NCBI GenBank assembly: GCA_029261035.1
Contig: JAJDCD010000004.1
Location: 132,765 to 196,764, forward strand
DNA: 64,000 nt
Source of the DNA: Candidatus Omnitrophota bacterium
GTDB taxonomy: Bacteria > Omnitrophota > Omnitrophia > Omnitrophales > JACROU01
Direction: 5' to 3'
Shown: positions 10,296 to 19,822 of the stretch, piece by piece
Layout of the letters: each line of letters starts with the position of its first letter
Numbering within the stretch: position 1 is the stretch's first letter
Made by a program: the position numbers and the translations under genes
The notes under the pieces: model-generated
Seen by the model: the letters and a program-made list of their open reading frames with translations, nothing else
Told to the model about the DNA's origin: nothing
Databases searched by the model: none

Positions 10296-11126
10296 TCATG
10301 AATTCAGCTTCTTCCGTTTTTTTTCTGCGCTCGAAAGCAGCTTCTTTACAGAAGACCATTTCTTCCCTTTCGACAATTTTATAAAATGATCCAAAGTTTT
10401 CCTGTATTCTTTTAAGGAAGAAAGAAGAAATGGATTCGATGAAACAATATCCACCCATAACCCAGCATCCCCTTGAGCCACACGTGTCACATCTTTAAAC
10501 CCAGCACCACCAAACTGGATATTTTTTGATGGTATAGACTCGATCAAAAGAGAAGCCATCACATGAGGTAAATGACTTATATCCCCGACAATCTTGTCAT
10601 GATCCTTACTCGATACAACAGAAACACGGGCAGCGCCTGCTTTTTTCCAAAAAAGACTCACTTTTTTTATATCTTTTAACGTTCCATGATCTCGCGTCAC
10701 AAAAACCAAAGACTTCTCATACAGCCTCGCTTGCGCCGAAGACAAACCTGATCGATGCCCACCCGCCATAGGATGAGAGCCAACAAAATTCACCTTTTTT
10801 AATTTTGCTTTTTTAATTTTGTCTACAATGGATTTTTTTGTACTACCAACATCCGTAACCAACACTCTACGACTCACGGCTTTATCAATTCTTGAAACAG
10901 TCTCAACAATTTTAGAAACAGGAACACAAACACAAATCAACTCAACATCGTGAGGGATATCAGAAAATGCATTAATTCCTTTAAAAATAATTTTTGTATT
11001 CTTTGCTGTTCGAAGCTTCTTCTTATCCCGAGACAAACCCCACACTTCGTACTTTTTTCCTAACGACAAACCCAAAGAAGCACCCATCAAACCCAAACCT
11101 ACAATCAATACCTTCTTCTTTTTCAT
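10296..11126 (-). CDS. tyrA: prephenate/arogenate dehydrogenase
   Basis: N-terminal Rossmann motif VLIVGLGLMGAS and TyrA-like length within an aromatic amino-acid cluster. Confidence 0.75.
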   Translation of the reverse strand: MKKKKVLIVGLGLMGASLGLSLGKKYEVWGLSRDKKKLRTAKNTKIIFKGINAFSDIPHDVELICVCVPVSKIVETVSRIDKAVSRRVLVTDVGSTKKSIVDKIKKAKLKKVNFVGSHPMAGGHRSGLSSAQARLYEKSLVFVTRDHGTLKDIKKVSLFWKKAGAARVSVVSSKDHDKIVGDISHLPHVMASLLIESIPSKNIQFGGAGFKDVTRVAQGDAGLWVDIVSSNPFLLSSLKEYRKTLDHFIKLSKGKKWSSVKKLLSSAEKKRKKLNS

Positions 11127-11186
11127 ATTTTCCTTTAATTAAAAAGTTTAGCTAAATACAAAAGTTATTTTCTAACGATTGAGTAT

Positions 11187-12203
11187 TTAAATTTCCCTGC
11201 CGACCGCTCCTGCAACCTTCTTCAACTCAGCCATCAAAAGAGCAAATTTTTCAGGAAGCAAAGACTGCGCCCCATCACTAAAAGCATCCACAGGATTATT
11301 ATGCACTTCAATCATAATCCCATCAGCCCCACCCGCCAAAGCAGCTTTCGCCAATGGCCCTACATAATCCCAACGCCCTGTCCCATGAGAAGGGTCAACC
11401 AAAATAGGTAAATGTGTTTCGCTTTTCACAACAGGAATGGCATTGAGATCCAATGTATTTCGTGTTGCTGTTTCAAAAGTTCTAATACCTCTTTCAGCAA
11501 GCATTACATTAAAGTTTCCTTTGGACAATATATACTCTGCCGAAAGCAACCACTCTTTAACGGTAGAGCTCAGTCCTCGTTTAAGTAGGGTTGGTTTTTT
11601 TGAAATACCCACCTCTCTCAATAAATCAAAATTCTGCATATTACGAGCTCCAATTTGTAACATATCCGCATACTTAGCAACTATTTCTACTTGTCTCGTA
11701 TCCATCACTTCTGTGACAACCTGTAGCCCAACCTCGTCTGCCACTTCTCTCAAATACTTCAACCCCTCTTCCCCTAAACCTTGGAAAGCGTATGGAGATG
11801 TTCTTGGTTTAAACGCTCCTCCACGCAAAAAAGTAGCCCCCGACTTTTTAACTTCCTTCGCAATCAAATAAAGCATATCTCTATTTTCAACAGAGCAAGG
11901 CCCCGCCATCACCACAACTTTTTTGCCACCCACAATGGTTCCATCATTCATTTTAAATGAAGAGCTCTCATCTTTAAACTCACGGCTCACCAATTTATAA
12001 GGCTTTTCTATAGGAACAACACTCTCTACTCCAGGAAACGTTTCTAAAGATTCAACTCGAACTTTCCCCTCTTCTCCAATAACACCAATCACAGTTTTCT
12101 CAACCCCTCGAGAAATATTAGGGGTAAACCCTAGGTCTTTAACTTTTTGAACTACATGTTCTAGCTGAACAGGAGTTGCGCTTTTTTTCATTACAATAAT
12201 CAT
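11187..12203 (-). CDS. 3-deoxy-7-phosphoheptulonate (DAHP) synthase, type I-beta, with N-terminal regulatory domain
   Basis: KDO8P/DAHP synthase core motifs ([20 protein letters not shown]). Lies within the aromatic cluster. Confidence 0.75.
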   Translation of the reverse strand: MIIVMKKSATPVQLEHVVQKVKDLGFTPNISRGVEKTVIGVIGEEGKVRVESLETFPGVESVVPIEKPYKLVSREFKDESSSFKMNDGTIVGGKKVVVMAGPCSVENRDMLYLIAKEVKKSGATFLRGGAFKPRTSPYAFQGLGEEGLKYLREVADEVGLQVVTEVMDTRQVEIVAKYADMLQIGARNMQNFDLLREVGISKKPTLLKRGLSSTVKEWLLSAEYILSKGNFNVMLAERGIRTFETATRNTLDLNAIPVVKSETHLPILVDPSHGTGRWDYVGPLAKAALAGGADGIMIEVHNNPVDAFSDGAQSLLPEKFALLMAELKKVAGAVGREI

Positions 12204-12218
12204 GTTTTTTCCTTATCC

Positions 12219-13310
12219 TTATTTTCCTAACAAACTCTTCAACTCTTTGATGAATATCCTATTCTCTGCCATAGTTCCAACAGAAACTCGAACCCATTCA
12301 TTCATTCCGTAAGCTGCCATATCCCGTATGATGACCCCTTTTTTCAAAAGAGCTTGGAACAACTTCTTGCTGCTCGTCTTAACACAAACCAATACAAAGT
12401 TTGCTTCACTCTCAATATAAAAAAGTCCCATTGCTTTAAATTGTTTTTCTAAATAATTCCTACCGTCCACAACTACTTTTTGAGTTTGCTTCAAAAACGT
12501 TTTATCCGTCAAAGCTGCTATCCCTGCGACCTGAGCTAAATGATTCACATTAAAAGGCTGTCTTATTTTATGTAGATAACTTATTAATCGTTCATTCGCT
12601 ACCCCAAAGCCTAAACGAAGGCCCGCCAATCCATAAGACTTTGAAAAGGTTCTTAGAACAATGAGATTATATTTATCTATTAACTTCAATGTGTTGGGAT
12701 AATCTTTCGCTGTCACAAAATCAAAATAAGCTTCATCCACACAGACAACAACACTCTTAGGTATGTCCTCAAGAAAATTTTTTAAATTTTCTCCATTAAC
12801 ATAAGTTCCCGTTGGATTGTTCGGGTTTGCAATAAAAACCACCTTAGTACTTTTATCAATTTTTCGACTCAATGCCATTAAATCATATTTAAAATTTTTC
12901 ATCGGAACCGAAACATACTCTGCTCCAGCAACTTGTGTCACTAAAGGATAAACCAAAAAAGAAATATCGGATGAAACAACACAATCCCCCTCTCTCACAA
13001 ATCCGCGAATCAAAAATTCAATAATTTCGTTAGACCCATTTCCCACAATAATTTGAGCAGGCTTCACCTTATGGTATTTTGCTATTGCTTTTTTTAACTC
13101 TTGGATTCCTCCATCAGGATATACATTCACGAGCCCAGCATTTTTCTTTATCGCATCGATTGCTTTCCTAGATACACCCAAAGGGTTCTCATTACTCGCA
13201 AGTTTAATTACCTTTTTTATACGGTATTGCTTTTGAACTTCATCTATCGGCTTCCCCGGTTCGTACGGGTGAATGGAATCAACATATTTTTTATACATAA
13301 TGCAAAACAC
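12219..13310 (-). CDS. hisC: histidinol-phosphate/aromatic aminotransferase (class II PLP aminotransferase)
   Basis: LASNENPLG N-terminal signature and TFSKSYGLAGLRLG around the PLP-lysine. The true start is probably the MYKKY Met. Confidence 0.75.
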   Translation of the reverse strand: MFCIMYKKYVDSIHPYEPGKPIDEVQKQYRIKKVIKLASNENPLGVSRKAIDAIKKNAGLVNVYPDGGIQELKKAIAKYHKVKPAQIIVGNGSNEIIEFLIRGFVREGDCVVSSDISFLVYPLVTQVAGAEYVSVPMKNFKYDLMALSRKIDKSTKVVFIANPNNPTGTYVNGENLKNFLEDIPKSVVVCVDEAYFDFVTAKDYPNTLKLIDKYNLIVLRTFSKSYGLAGLRLGFGVANERLISYLHKIRQPFNVNHLAQVAGIAALTDKTFLKQTQKVVVDGRNYLEKQFKAMGLFYIESEANFVLVCVKTSSKKLFQALLKKGVIIRDMAAYGMNEWVRVSVGTMAENRIFIKELKSLLGK

Positions 13311-13356
13311 CTTTTTATTAATAATCAGTGGGTTTAAATCAAGAAATATTTAGAAG

Positions 13357-14439
13357 CTACTGAGAAGGATAGGAACCCAACACTTTCAAAAAGCGCACTT
13401 TCTTTTCCATCTCTTTTAACATTTTTTGCACTTTAGGATCATCAACATGTCCTTGGAAATCAATGAAAAAGAAATAATCCCAAACCTTCTTTTTTGAAGG
13501 GCGAGACTCTATCTTAGTCATATTGACCTTGCTTTTTCTTATGGGTTCTAACATTTCATACAACGCGCCTACCTTATCTTTAATCGAAACCATAAGAGAA
13601 GTCTTATCTTTTTTTGTTTTTTTAGGTACGGACTCTCCTATAACAAGAAACCGAGTTCTATTCCCAGAACTATCCTCTATTTTCTCTGCCAAAATATCCA
13701 AACCATACATCGTTGCAGCTAATTTACTACCAATAGCAGCGGACGCCGTTTCTTTTGATGCTTTCTGTGCCGCTTGAGTCGTGCTCATCGTTTCAATCAA
13801 TTCGACTCTAGGTGCATTTTTTTTAAGCCATGTACGGCACTGGCCGAATACTTGTGGATGCGAATATATTTTTTCAATGTCCTTTAAAGCTGCCTTAGAC
13901 ATTAAATTATGCTGAATGTTCTGCACAATTTCTGAACAAATTTTCAATTCCGAGTCAACAAACATATCCAATGTATAATTCACAACACCTTCTGTTGAGT
14001 TTTCAATTGGGATAACACCATAATCCGCATTTCCTTTTTCTACCTCAGTAAAAACATCTCCAATATTAGAACAAGACATATAACTCACACTAGAACCAAA
14101 CTTAGAAATTGAAGCTAAATGAGTGAAGGTGGCTTCAGGTCCCAAATAAGCAATCGTCATAGGATGTTCTAAGGCTAAAGCAGCAGACATAATTTCTCTA
14201 TATACCGCTTTTAAAGAATCTTGAGGTAAAGGACCTTTCTCTGCTAACTTAGCAATCTTAGCATAGACCTGACTTTCACGATCCGGAGAATAAATAGGAG
14301 TCCCATTATCCTTTTTATGATCCCCAATCTTCAACGCTACCTTTGTCCGTTCATTCAGGTAATGAATAATTTTTTTATCCAAAGTATCGATTTTTTTTCT
14401 GTATTCGTCTAAGCTCATGTGATGTTCCTTTTTCTTCAA
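13357..14439 (-). CDS. pheA: bifunctional chorismate mutase / prephenate dehydratase
   Basis: N-terminal AroQ chorismate mutase helix (LDEYRKKIDTLDKKII), then a PDT domain (IAYLGPEATFTH) and a C-terminal ACT domain. Confidence 0.85.
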   Translation of the reverse strand: MKKKEHHMSLDEYRKKIDTLDKKIIHYLNERTKVALKIGDHKKDNGTPIYSPDRESQVYAKIAKLAEKGPLPQDSLKAVYREIMSAALALEHPMTIAYLGPEATFTHLASISKFGSSVSYMSCSNIGDVFTEVEKGNADYGVIPIENSTEGVVNYTLDMFVDSELKICSEIVQNIQHNLMSKAALKDIEKIYSHPQVFGQCRTWLKKNAPRVELIETMSTTQAAQKASKETASAAIGSKLAATMYGLDILAEKIEDSSGNRTRFLVIGESVPKKTKKDKTSLMVSIKDKVGALYEMLEPIRKSKVNMTKIESRPSKKKVWDYFFFIDFQGHVDDPKVQKMLKEMEKKVRFLKVLGSYPSQ

Positions 14440-14542
14440 ATTTAAAGTAATCTAAAACCTTCTTACAACGTGTCATTCCCGAAACCTTTTGTCGGGAATC
14501 CATGATATATCAAACATAACTATACGTTTTACCAAAACCTAG

Positions 14543-14575
14543 ATCCCCGACACAAACATTCGGGGATGACAAACT
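14543..14575 (+). repeat. REP-like hairpin ATCCCCGA-N9-TCGGGGATGACAAACT
   Basis: Family member in the pheA-scpB spacer. A second imperfect hairpin lies at 14472-14505. Confidence 0.55.
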
Positions 14576-14582
14576 GTCCTAA

Positions 14583-15506
14583 TTAAACCTCTTCAGGGTT
14601 TTCTTTATTCTCTTCTTCAGAAGGAGTTTCTTCTTTTGGCTCTTCAGGCATTTCAAACTTCGTATTCGCACTCCCAATAACATCTGTAATCTCCGCCAAA
14701 ACCTTATCTCTTTCTTCAGAGCTAGGGGTATCATCAACTTCTACAGCATCTTTGTTCTCTTCTTCAACAGGAGCTTGATCTTGAGTTTTCTGTTCCAACT
14801 CCAACTCTTCTTTGTTAATCATAGAAGCAACCAGCTCTTTAATTTCACTTATATTTGGCAAATCGTCCAAAGACTTTAATCCAAAATGTTCTAGAAATTT
14901 TTCTGTAGTTCCGTACAACATAGGTCTTCCTGCAATTTCTTTTTTTCCTACAATCTTAATTAAATTTCTATCCAACAATGTAGACAACACTCCAGAAACA
15001 TTAACCCCTCTTAACTCTTCTATTTCCACACGTGTAACCGGCTGTTTATAAGCCAAAATCGCCAAAGTCTCTAACGCAGATTGTGTTGCTTGCTTCTTCT
15101 TTTTCTCGAGCTCCAACTTCATAATCCAAGGAGCATATTGAGGATGAGTCGAAATTTCGTAACCACCCGCTAACTCTTGAACACGAAAACTCAATCCTTG
15201 CTCTATATAGTATTCCCCAAGCTCCTTTAATGCTTTTTGAAACTCAGAGGGTTTAAACCCCTTTACTACCTTTTTCATTTCTTTTAAAGGGACTGGCTTG
15301 TTCGAAACAAACAAAAGAGCTTCAATAATTCGCTTCATAGAATCAAAATCAACTTCTGATTTTTCTTCATAAGTCTCAACATGAGTTTCCGAAACATCTT
15401 CACCCGTTGGAAGTTGTTCTCTAATCTCCCCTTCAATCTCTTTTCTCAACTCTTTAAGTTCTTTTTCTTTCTCTTTTTGCTTTGCTTCCTTCACACTGTT
15501 TCCCAT
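14583..15506 (-). CDS. scpB: segregation and condensation protein B with acidic C-terminal extension
   Basis: Two winged-helix ScpB repeats (IIEALLFVSNKPV; LETLAILAYKQPVTRVEIEELRG). Confidence 0.8.
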   Translation of the reverse strand: MGNSVKEAKQKEKEKELKELRKEIEGEIREQLPTGEDVSETHVETYEEKSEVDFDSMKRIIEALLFVSNKPVPLKEMKKVVKGFKPSEFQKALKELGEYYIEQGLSFRVQELAGGYEISTHPQYAPWIMKLELEKKKKQATQSALETLAILAYKQPVTRVEIEELRGVNVSGVLSTLLDRNLIKIVGKKEIAGRPMLYGTTEKFLEHFGLKSLDDLPNISEIKELVASMINKEELELEQKTQDQAPVEEENKDAVEVDDTPSSEERDKVLAEITDVIGSANTKFEMPEEPKEETPSEEENKENPEEV

Positions 15507-15518
15507 AACACGCCCCCT

Positions 15519-16373
15519 TTAAGCAATAGTATTCAGTTGTTTTCTTACGAGTTTGATTTCCCCAAACATTCCGGCCTGCGCCACACGGACATGTTTCTGT
15601 TTCACAATTTCTAATAACGCTAAAAATGTTGCAATAATTTCATTCTTTGATGCCGGCCCTCTAAATAGCTCCGAGAATAAGACTTCTTTCTTCTCGATGA
15701 TCAAATCTTTAATGTAATCCATTTTTTGTTCTATCGAAACAACTTCTTCAAACACCTCATGTTGAACGTCCTCTTTAGAATGCGTTTTTAACACATGGTG
15801 GAACGCTTGAATCAAATCGTAAAGATCCGCATCAAACTCTTCTTCCACCTCTGGAGCTTTATAATCTTCTCCAAAATAATAATCGCTAATCTGACGCGTG
15901 AAAATTTGATTTCTCTCCGCTTCACGAATTCCAAGTTCTTTAGCCGCTTCCTTAAACGCTTGGTATTCTAAAAGCTTTCTAACCAGCTCTGCTCTTGGAT
16001 CCAAACCGTCCTCATCATCATCATCTTGGTCATCCTCAGGCAACAACATTTTTGATTTAATATATAAAAGCGTTGAGGCCATCACCAAAAAATCTCCAGC
16101 AATATCCAAATCCATCTGACGCATCTGATCAATATAATCCAAATACTGCTTTGTAATCTCGATCATGGGAATATCATAGATATTAATCTCATTTTTTTTA
16201 ATTAAATCTAACAACAAATCTAAAGGGCCTTCATAAGCCGTCAACTTTACAGACAAGGAACTCTCTTCTTTTCTACCAAACAGAGGGGTGTCCTTTTGAT
16301 TCAACGACTCTTCCGTTTGCTGTAATTGTTGTTGTTCAGTCCCATCTTTTTCGTTTTGATTTTCTTCAATCAT
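15519..16373 (-). CDS. scpA: segregation and condensation protein A
   Basis: YEGPLDLLLDLIKKNEINIYDIPMIEIT signature of ScpA. Confidence 0.8.
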   Translation of the reverse strand: MIEENQNEKDGTEQQQLQQTEESLNQKDTPLFGRKEESSLSVKLTAYEGPLDLLLDLIKKNEINIYDIPMIEITKQYLDYIDQMRQMDLDIAGDFLVMASTLLYIKSKMLLPEDDQDDDDEDGLDPRAELVRKLLEYQAFKEAAKELGIREAERNQIFTRQISDYYFGEDYKAPEVEEEFDADLYDLIQAFHHVLKTHSKEDVQHEVFEEVVSIEQKMDYIKDLIIEKKEVLFSELFRGPASKNEIIATFLALLEIVKQKHVRVAQAGMFGEIKLVRKQLNTIA

Positions 16374-16390
16374 TTTTTATCCTCGGCTTA

Positions 16391-16423
16391 TTAGCGTAGA
16401 GCGTTTAGCTTGGAGCGTATAGG
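16391..16423 (-). promoter_or_regulatory. heptad-repeat element (CTNNNCG)x4 plus CTAATAA upstream of scpA
   Basis: Gene-sense CTATACG CTCCAAG CTAAACG CTCTACG CTAATAAGCCGAGGATAAAAAATG. Confidence 0.5.
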
Positions 16424-16452
16424 TTTCCTTTGTCTTTTTTAGGCAAAAGATC

Positions 16453-16483
16453 TATCCGCTCCACGCTATGCGCTAAACGCTAA
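16453..16483 (+). repeat. second heptad-repeat copy in inverted orientation, abutting the trpS stop
   Basis: CTATCCG CTCCACG CTATGCG CTAAACG CTAAT. With 16391-16423 it forms a roughly 31-bp imperfect inverted repeat around a 30-nt loop. Confidence 0.5.
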
Positions 16484-17458
16484 TTATATCCCTACTTTTT
16501 CTTTCGCTTCTTGAAGCGTCGCACTCGCAATTACTCTTGCTCGCTTCGCCCCTTCTTCTAAAATATCCGCTATTTTTCCTTTGTCCTTTTCCAACTCTTT
16601 TCTTTTTTCATAAACAGGCTCTAAGAATTTATTAAGCTCTTTCATTAAACTCTTTTTATCATCCACACAACCTAACTCAGCACTTCGACATCCTTGCTCA
16701 ATACTCGGGATTAAATCCGAATTAAAAATCTTTTGATAATAAAACACAGGACAAACTTCAGGATCCCCTGGGTCGTCTCTTCGTTTTCTCTGAGGGTCCG
16801 TCACCATACCCTTAATTTTCTTCTCTACTTCTTCTGGAGAATCAGACATGTAAATACAATTATTGTACGACTTACTCATCTTACGACCATCTGTACCAGG
16901 CAATTTTTTAACCTGGGTCAACATGGCTTGAGGTTCAGGAAATACCTCCCCGTACAAATGATTAAAACGTCTCGCAATTTCTCTCGTCAATTCCAGGTGA
17001 GGCAACTGATCTTCTCCCACCGGAACAAAATCCGCTTTGTATAACAAAATATCCGCGGCCTGTAACACAGGGTACCCTAAGAACCCATGCGTGTGTAGAT
17101 CCTTACCCTTTAACTCCTGAATCTGATCTTTATAAGTTGGATTTCTCTCCAACCAAGAAAGTGGCGTCATCATCGATAACAACAAAGCTAATTCAGCATG
17201 TTCTTTAACTTGGCTTTGAACAAAAATAGTACACTTCTCAGGATCCAAGCCCCCTGCAAGATAATCTAAAACGACTTCTATCACATTATTTCTAATTTCA
17301 GAATGAGATTCGTACTCCGTCGTTAAGGCATGCCAATCGGCAATCATAAAAAAAGCATCTTCTTCTTGAATCTTTTTCCAATTATCCAAAGCTCCTAGAA
17401 AATTACCTAAGTGCAACTTGCCTGTTGGCCTCATCCCACTTAAAACTCTTTTTTTCAT
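16484..17458 (-). CDS. trpS: tryptophan--tRNA ligase
   Basis: KMSKS motif and TrpS-like length. The track ORF extends to 17491, but the MKKRVLSGMRPTG Met at 17458 is the likelier start. Confidence 0.85.
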   Translation of the reverse strand: MKKRVLSGMRPTGKLHLGNFLGALDNWKKIQEEDAFFMIADWHALTTEYESHSEIRNNVIEVVLDYLAGGLDPEKCTIFVQSQVKEHAELALLLSMMTPLSWLERNPTYKDQIQELKGKDLHTHGFLGYPVLQAADILLYKADFVPVGEDQLPHLELTREIARRFNHLYGEVFPEPQAMLTQVKKLPGTDGRKMSKSYNNCIYMSDSPEEVEKKIKGMVTDPQRKRRDDPGDPEVCPVFYYQKIFNSDLIPSIEQGCRSAELGCVDDKKSLMKELNKFLEPVYEKRKELEKDKGKIADILEEGAKRARVIASATLQEAKEKVGI

Positions 17459-17530
17459 ATTATCCGATCCCAATAGACTCAATATAAACACCTAAATAGG
17501 TGCCCTAAACCTAATAAACAAACGGCATAT

Positions 17531-17565
17531 TATAGCATAAAGAGCGTGTAGCGTAGAGCGGATAG
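17531..17565 (-). promoter_or_regulatory. heptad-repeat element upstream of trpS
   Basis: Gene-sense CTATCCG CTCTACG CTACACG CTCTTTATG CTATA. Confidence 0.45.
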
Positions 17566-17734
17566 TACGTAATTAGTCCGTTTTATGTCATTATTGGGGA
17601 AGCAAGAATCCGATACTCCAAAAGAATTAAGGCTAGAAACAATAGGCAAGGCCTGTATCCCCAACTTTAGAGGGGATGAAAATTTTGAATATAAAGACAG
17701 AAGACCCTATCCTCTATGTGCTAAACGCTCTACA

Positions 17735-18565
17735 CTAGAAGAAGGAAATAATGAGTGTGATAAAACCCACAAAAAAGCAGTAATAGGAAAATAAATAGAA
17801 ATTGCCTCGGATAACGATTCTTGAAAGGATCTTAATCGCCACCAAACCAACAACAAAAGCCACCAAAGCACCAATTATATAAAGAAAAATCTTATCTGTA
17901 GCAAATTGAGAAATGTCTTTTAATTTAAAGACAAAGGCACCTAAAATTGTAGGAATAGAAAGAATAAAGGAAAAGCGAAATGCCAAATCACGACTCAAAC
18001 CCAGCTTCAACCCTGTCGCAATCGTCATTCCAGAACGAGAAACACCGGGCAAAATTGAAATAGCTTGAGCAAGCCCAACAATAAAAGCATCTTTCATTGA
18101 AAGGTCGTTCAACGATTTTTCATTGTACGGAGAAACGCGAGTCAATAAAATAACCCCTCCTGTAAAGATAAGAGAAAGCCCCACAACCAAAAGAGAGTTA
18201 AAAGACTGCTCTATTTGATCCGAAAAATAAACTCCGACACAACCTGCTGGAATCACAGCTATCAAAGCATAAATGAATAATTTTAAATTTTGATTCCGAT
18301 ACATAATATCTTTTACTCGGTTTCCATCAAAAAGTTCACCAAAAGCACTAAGGCTATCGAAAAGGATGTTCAGAAGATCTCTATGGAAATAAACAATAAC
18401 AGACATTAAAGTTCCCATATGAAGCATAATATTCAATTCCAACTGAGCTCCTTCAAAACCCAAAATTTTCTCCATAATCACAAGATGCCCTGAACTAGAA
18501 ATAGGGAGAAACTCCGTAAATGCTTGAACAACAGCTAAAAATATAATTTGAATTAATTCGGTCAT
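17735..18565 (-). CDS. uppP: undecaprenyl-diphosphatase
   Basis: BacA/UppP N-terminal signature FTEFLPISSSGHL and eight predicted TM segments. Confidence 0.85.
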   Translation of the reverse strand: MTELIQIIFLAVVQAFTEFLPISSSGHLVIMEKILGFEGAQLELNIMLHMGTLMSVIVYFHRDLLNILFDSLSAFGELFDGNRVKDIMYRNQNLKLFIYALIAVIPAGCVGVYFSDQIEQSFNSLLVVGLSLIFTGGVILLTRVSPYNEKSLNDLSMKDAFIVGLAQAISILPGVSRSGMTIATGLKLGLSRDLAFRFSFILSIPTILGAFVFKLKDISQFATDKIFLYIIGALVAFVVGLVAIKILSRIVIRGNFYLFSYYCFFVGFITLIISFF

Positions 18566-18574
18566 AACCGTCCT

Positions 18575-19648
18575 TTATAAATAATATTCCATTTTCTTTC
18601 GCTTCAATTCATCAATCACTTTTCTAATATCTTGCGCTCGATCTTTGCTTGCAACCAAAATAGCATCTTCAGACTCAACAACAATCAAGTCTGAAACCCC
18701 TACCAAAGCAACCAGCTTTGAATTTCCATGTACAATATTTTTTCCACTCTCAATAGAAACTATCTTTTGGATACTTGCATTCCTATCTTTATCTTTTGGC
18801 CACAACCCATCAAAAGCGGTCCAACTTCCCACATCCGACCAGCCAAAATCTCCAGGGATTACAAAAACATTTTTAGCTACTTCCATCAATGCATAATCTA
18901 TTGAAATAGATTTCAGTTTAGGATACAGCTGCTTTAACTTTGTTTTAAAGGACTTCTTCCCAATTTGATTTGCTATTTGAGATAATCCCTTAGAAAGAGC
19001 CGGTTGATATTTTTGTAGCTCCTCTAACAACAACGAAACTTTCCATACAAACATCCCACTATTCCAGTAATATCGTCTCGTTTGCACAAAACGCTTAGCT
19101 TTTGCAAGGTTCGGTTTCTCCACAAAACGTTTCACTTTATATACAGGAGTCCCTTTAATAGCCTCAGCCTTTTTACCTCTTTCAATATAGCCAAACCCAG
19201 TCTCTGGTGTCTTTGCAACAATACCAAAGGTTACATGACATTGATTCGACTTAGCAGTCTGAATACCCGCACTTAAAACTTTTAAGAACTCTGTCTTCTG
19301 AGAAATAATATGATCTGCAGGCAAACAAACCATAACTGCATTTGGATCTCTTTTATAAATAATAGAAGCCCCTAACCCAATCGCAGGAGCTGTATTTCTA
19401 CCCACAGGCTCCACAACAAAATTTTTACTCGGAATTTGAGGAAGCACTTTTTTAATTTCTTTAAGCTGAACTTCCTGTGTCAGGATAATTATCCGCTCAG
19501 GGGGAATTGTAGAACGAATACGTGAAACCGTTTCCTCAATTAAAGTCTTCTTGGAACCAAACGAAAGTAACTGCTTTGGTTTTCTTAAACGACTCGCTGG
19601 CCAAAATCGAGTCCCTGCTCCACCAGCCATAATAACTGCCCAATTCAT
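18575..19648 (-). CDS. manC: mannose-1-phosphate guanylyltransferase
   Basis: Nucleotidyltransferase motif IMAGGAGTRFWP and similar length to GMPs. Adjacent to a phosphomannomutase gene. Confidence 0.8.
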   Translation of the reverse strand: MNWAVIMAGGAGTRFWPASRLRKPKQLLSFGSKKTLIEETVSRIRSTIPPERIIILTQEVQLKEIKKVLPQIPSKNFVVEPVGRNTAPAIGLGASIIYKRDPNAVMVCLPADHIISQKTEFLKVLSAGIQTAKSNQCHVTFGIVAKTPETGFGYIERGKKAEAIKGTPVYKVKRFVEKPNLAKAKRFVQTRRYYWNSGMFVWKVSLLLEELQKYQPALSKGLSQIANQIGKKSFKTKLKQLYPKLKSISIDYALMEVAKNVFVIPGDFGWSDVGSWTAFDGLWPKDKDRNASIQKIVSIESGKNIVHGNSKLVALVGVSDLIVVESEDAILVASKDRAQDIRKVIDELKRKKMEYYL

Positions 19649-19662
19649 TTTTTGTCCTTTGT

Positions 19663-19698
19663 CTATTAGCGCATAGCGTTCAGCGGATAGCGGATAGG
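19663..19698 (-). promoter_or_regulatory. heptad-repeat element upstream of manC
   Basis: Gene-sense CCTATCCG CTATCCG CTGAACG CTATGCG CTAATAGACAAAGGACAAAAAATG. Confidence 0.5.
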
Positions 19699-19726
19699 CT
19701 CATTTGCCTTTTTCCCCGACCCAATT

Positions 19727-19811
19727 GTCATCCCCGACTTGATCGGGGATCTAGTGTCTTTTGCATTCAACTATCCAATGGATCCCGGATCATGTCCGGG
19801 ATGACAAACTA
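19727..19811. repeat. two adjacent REP-like hairpins in opposite orientation
   Basis: GTCATCCCCGACTTGATCGGGGATCTAG (19727-19754) and GGATCCCGGATCATGTCCGGGATGACAAACT (19781-19811). Confidence 0.6.
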
Positions 19812-19822
19812 CTTTTAAAAAG

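Noticed and set aside
17585-17794. 69-aa plus-strand ORF
   Set aside because: It overlaps the heptad-repeat element and the 3' end of uppP. It has no RBS or motifs.
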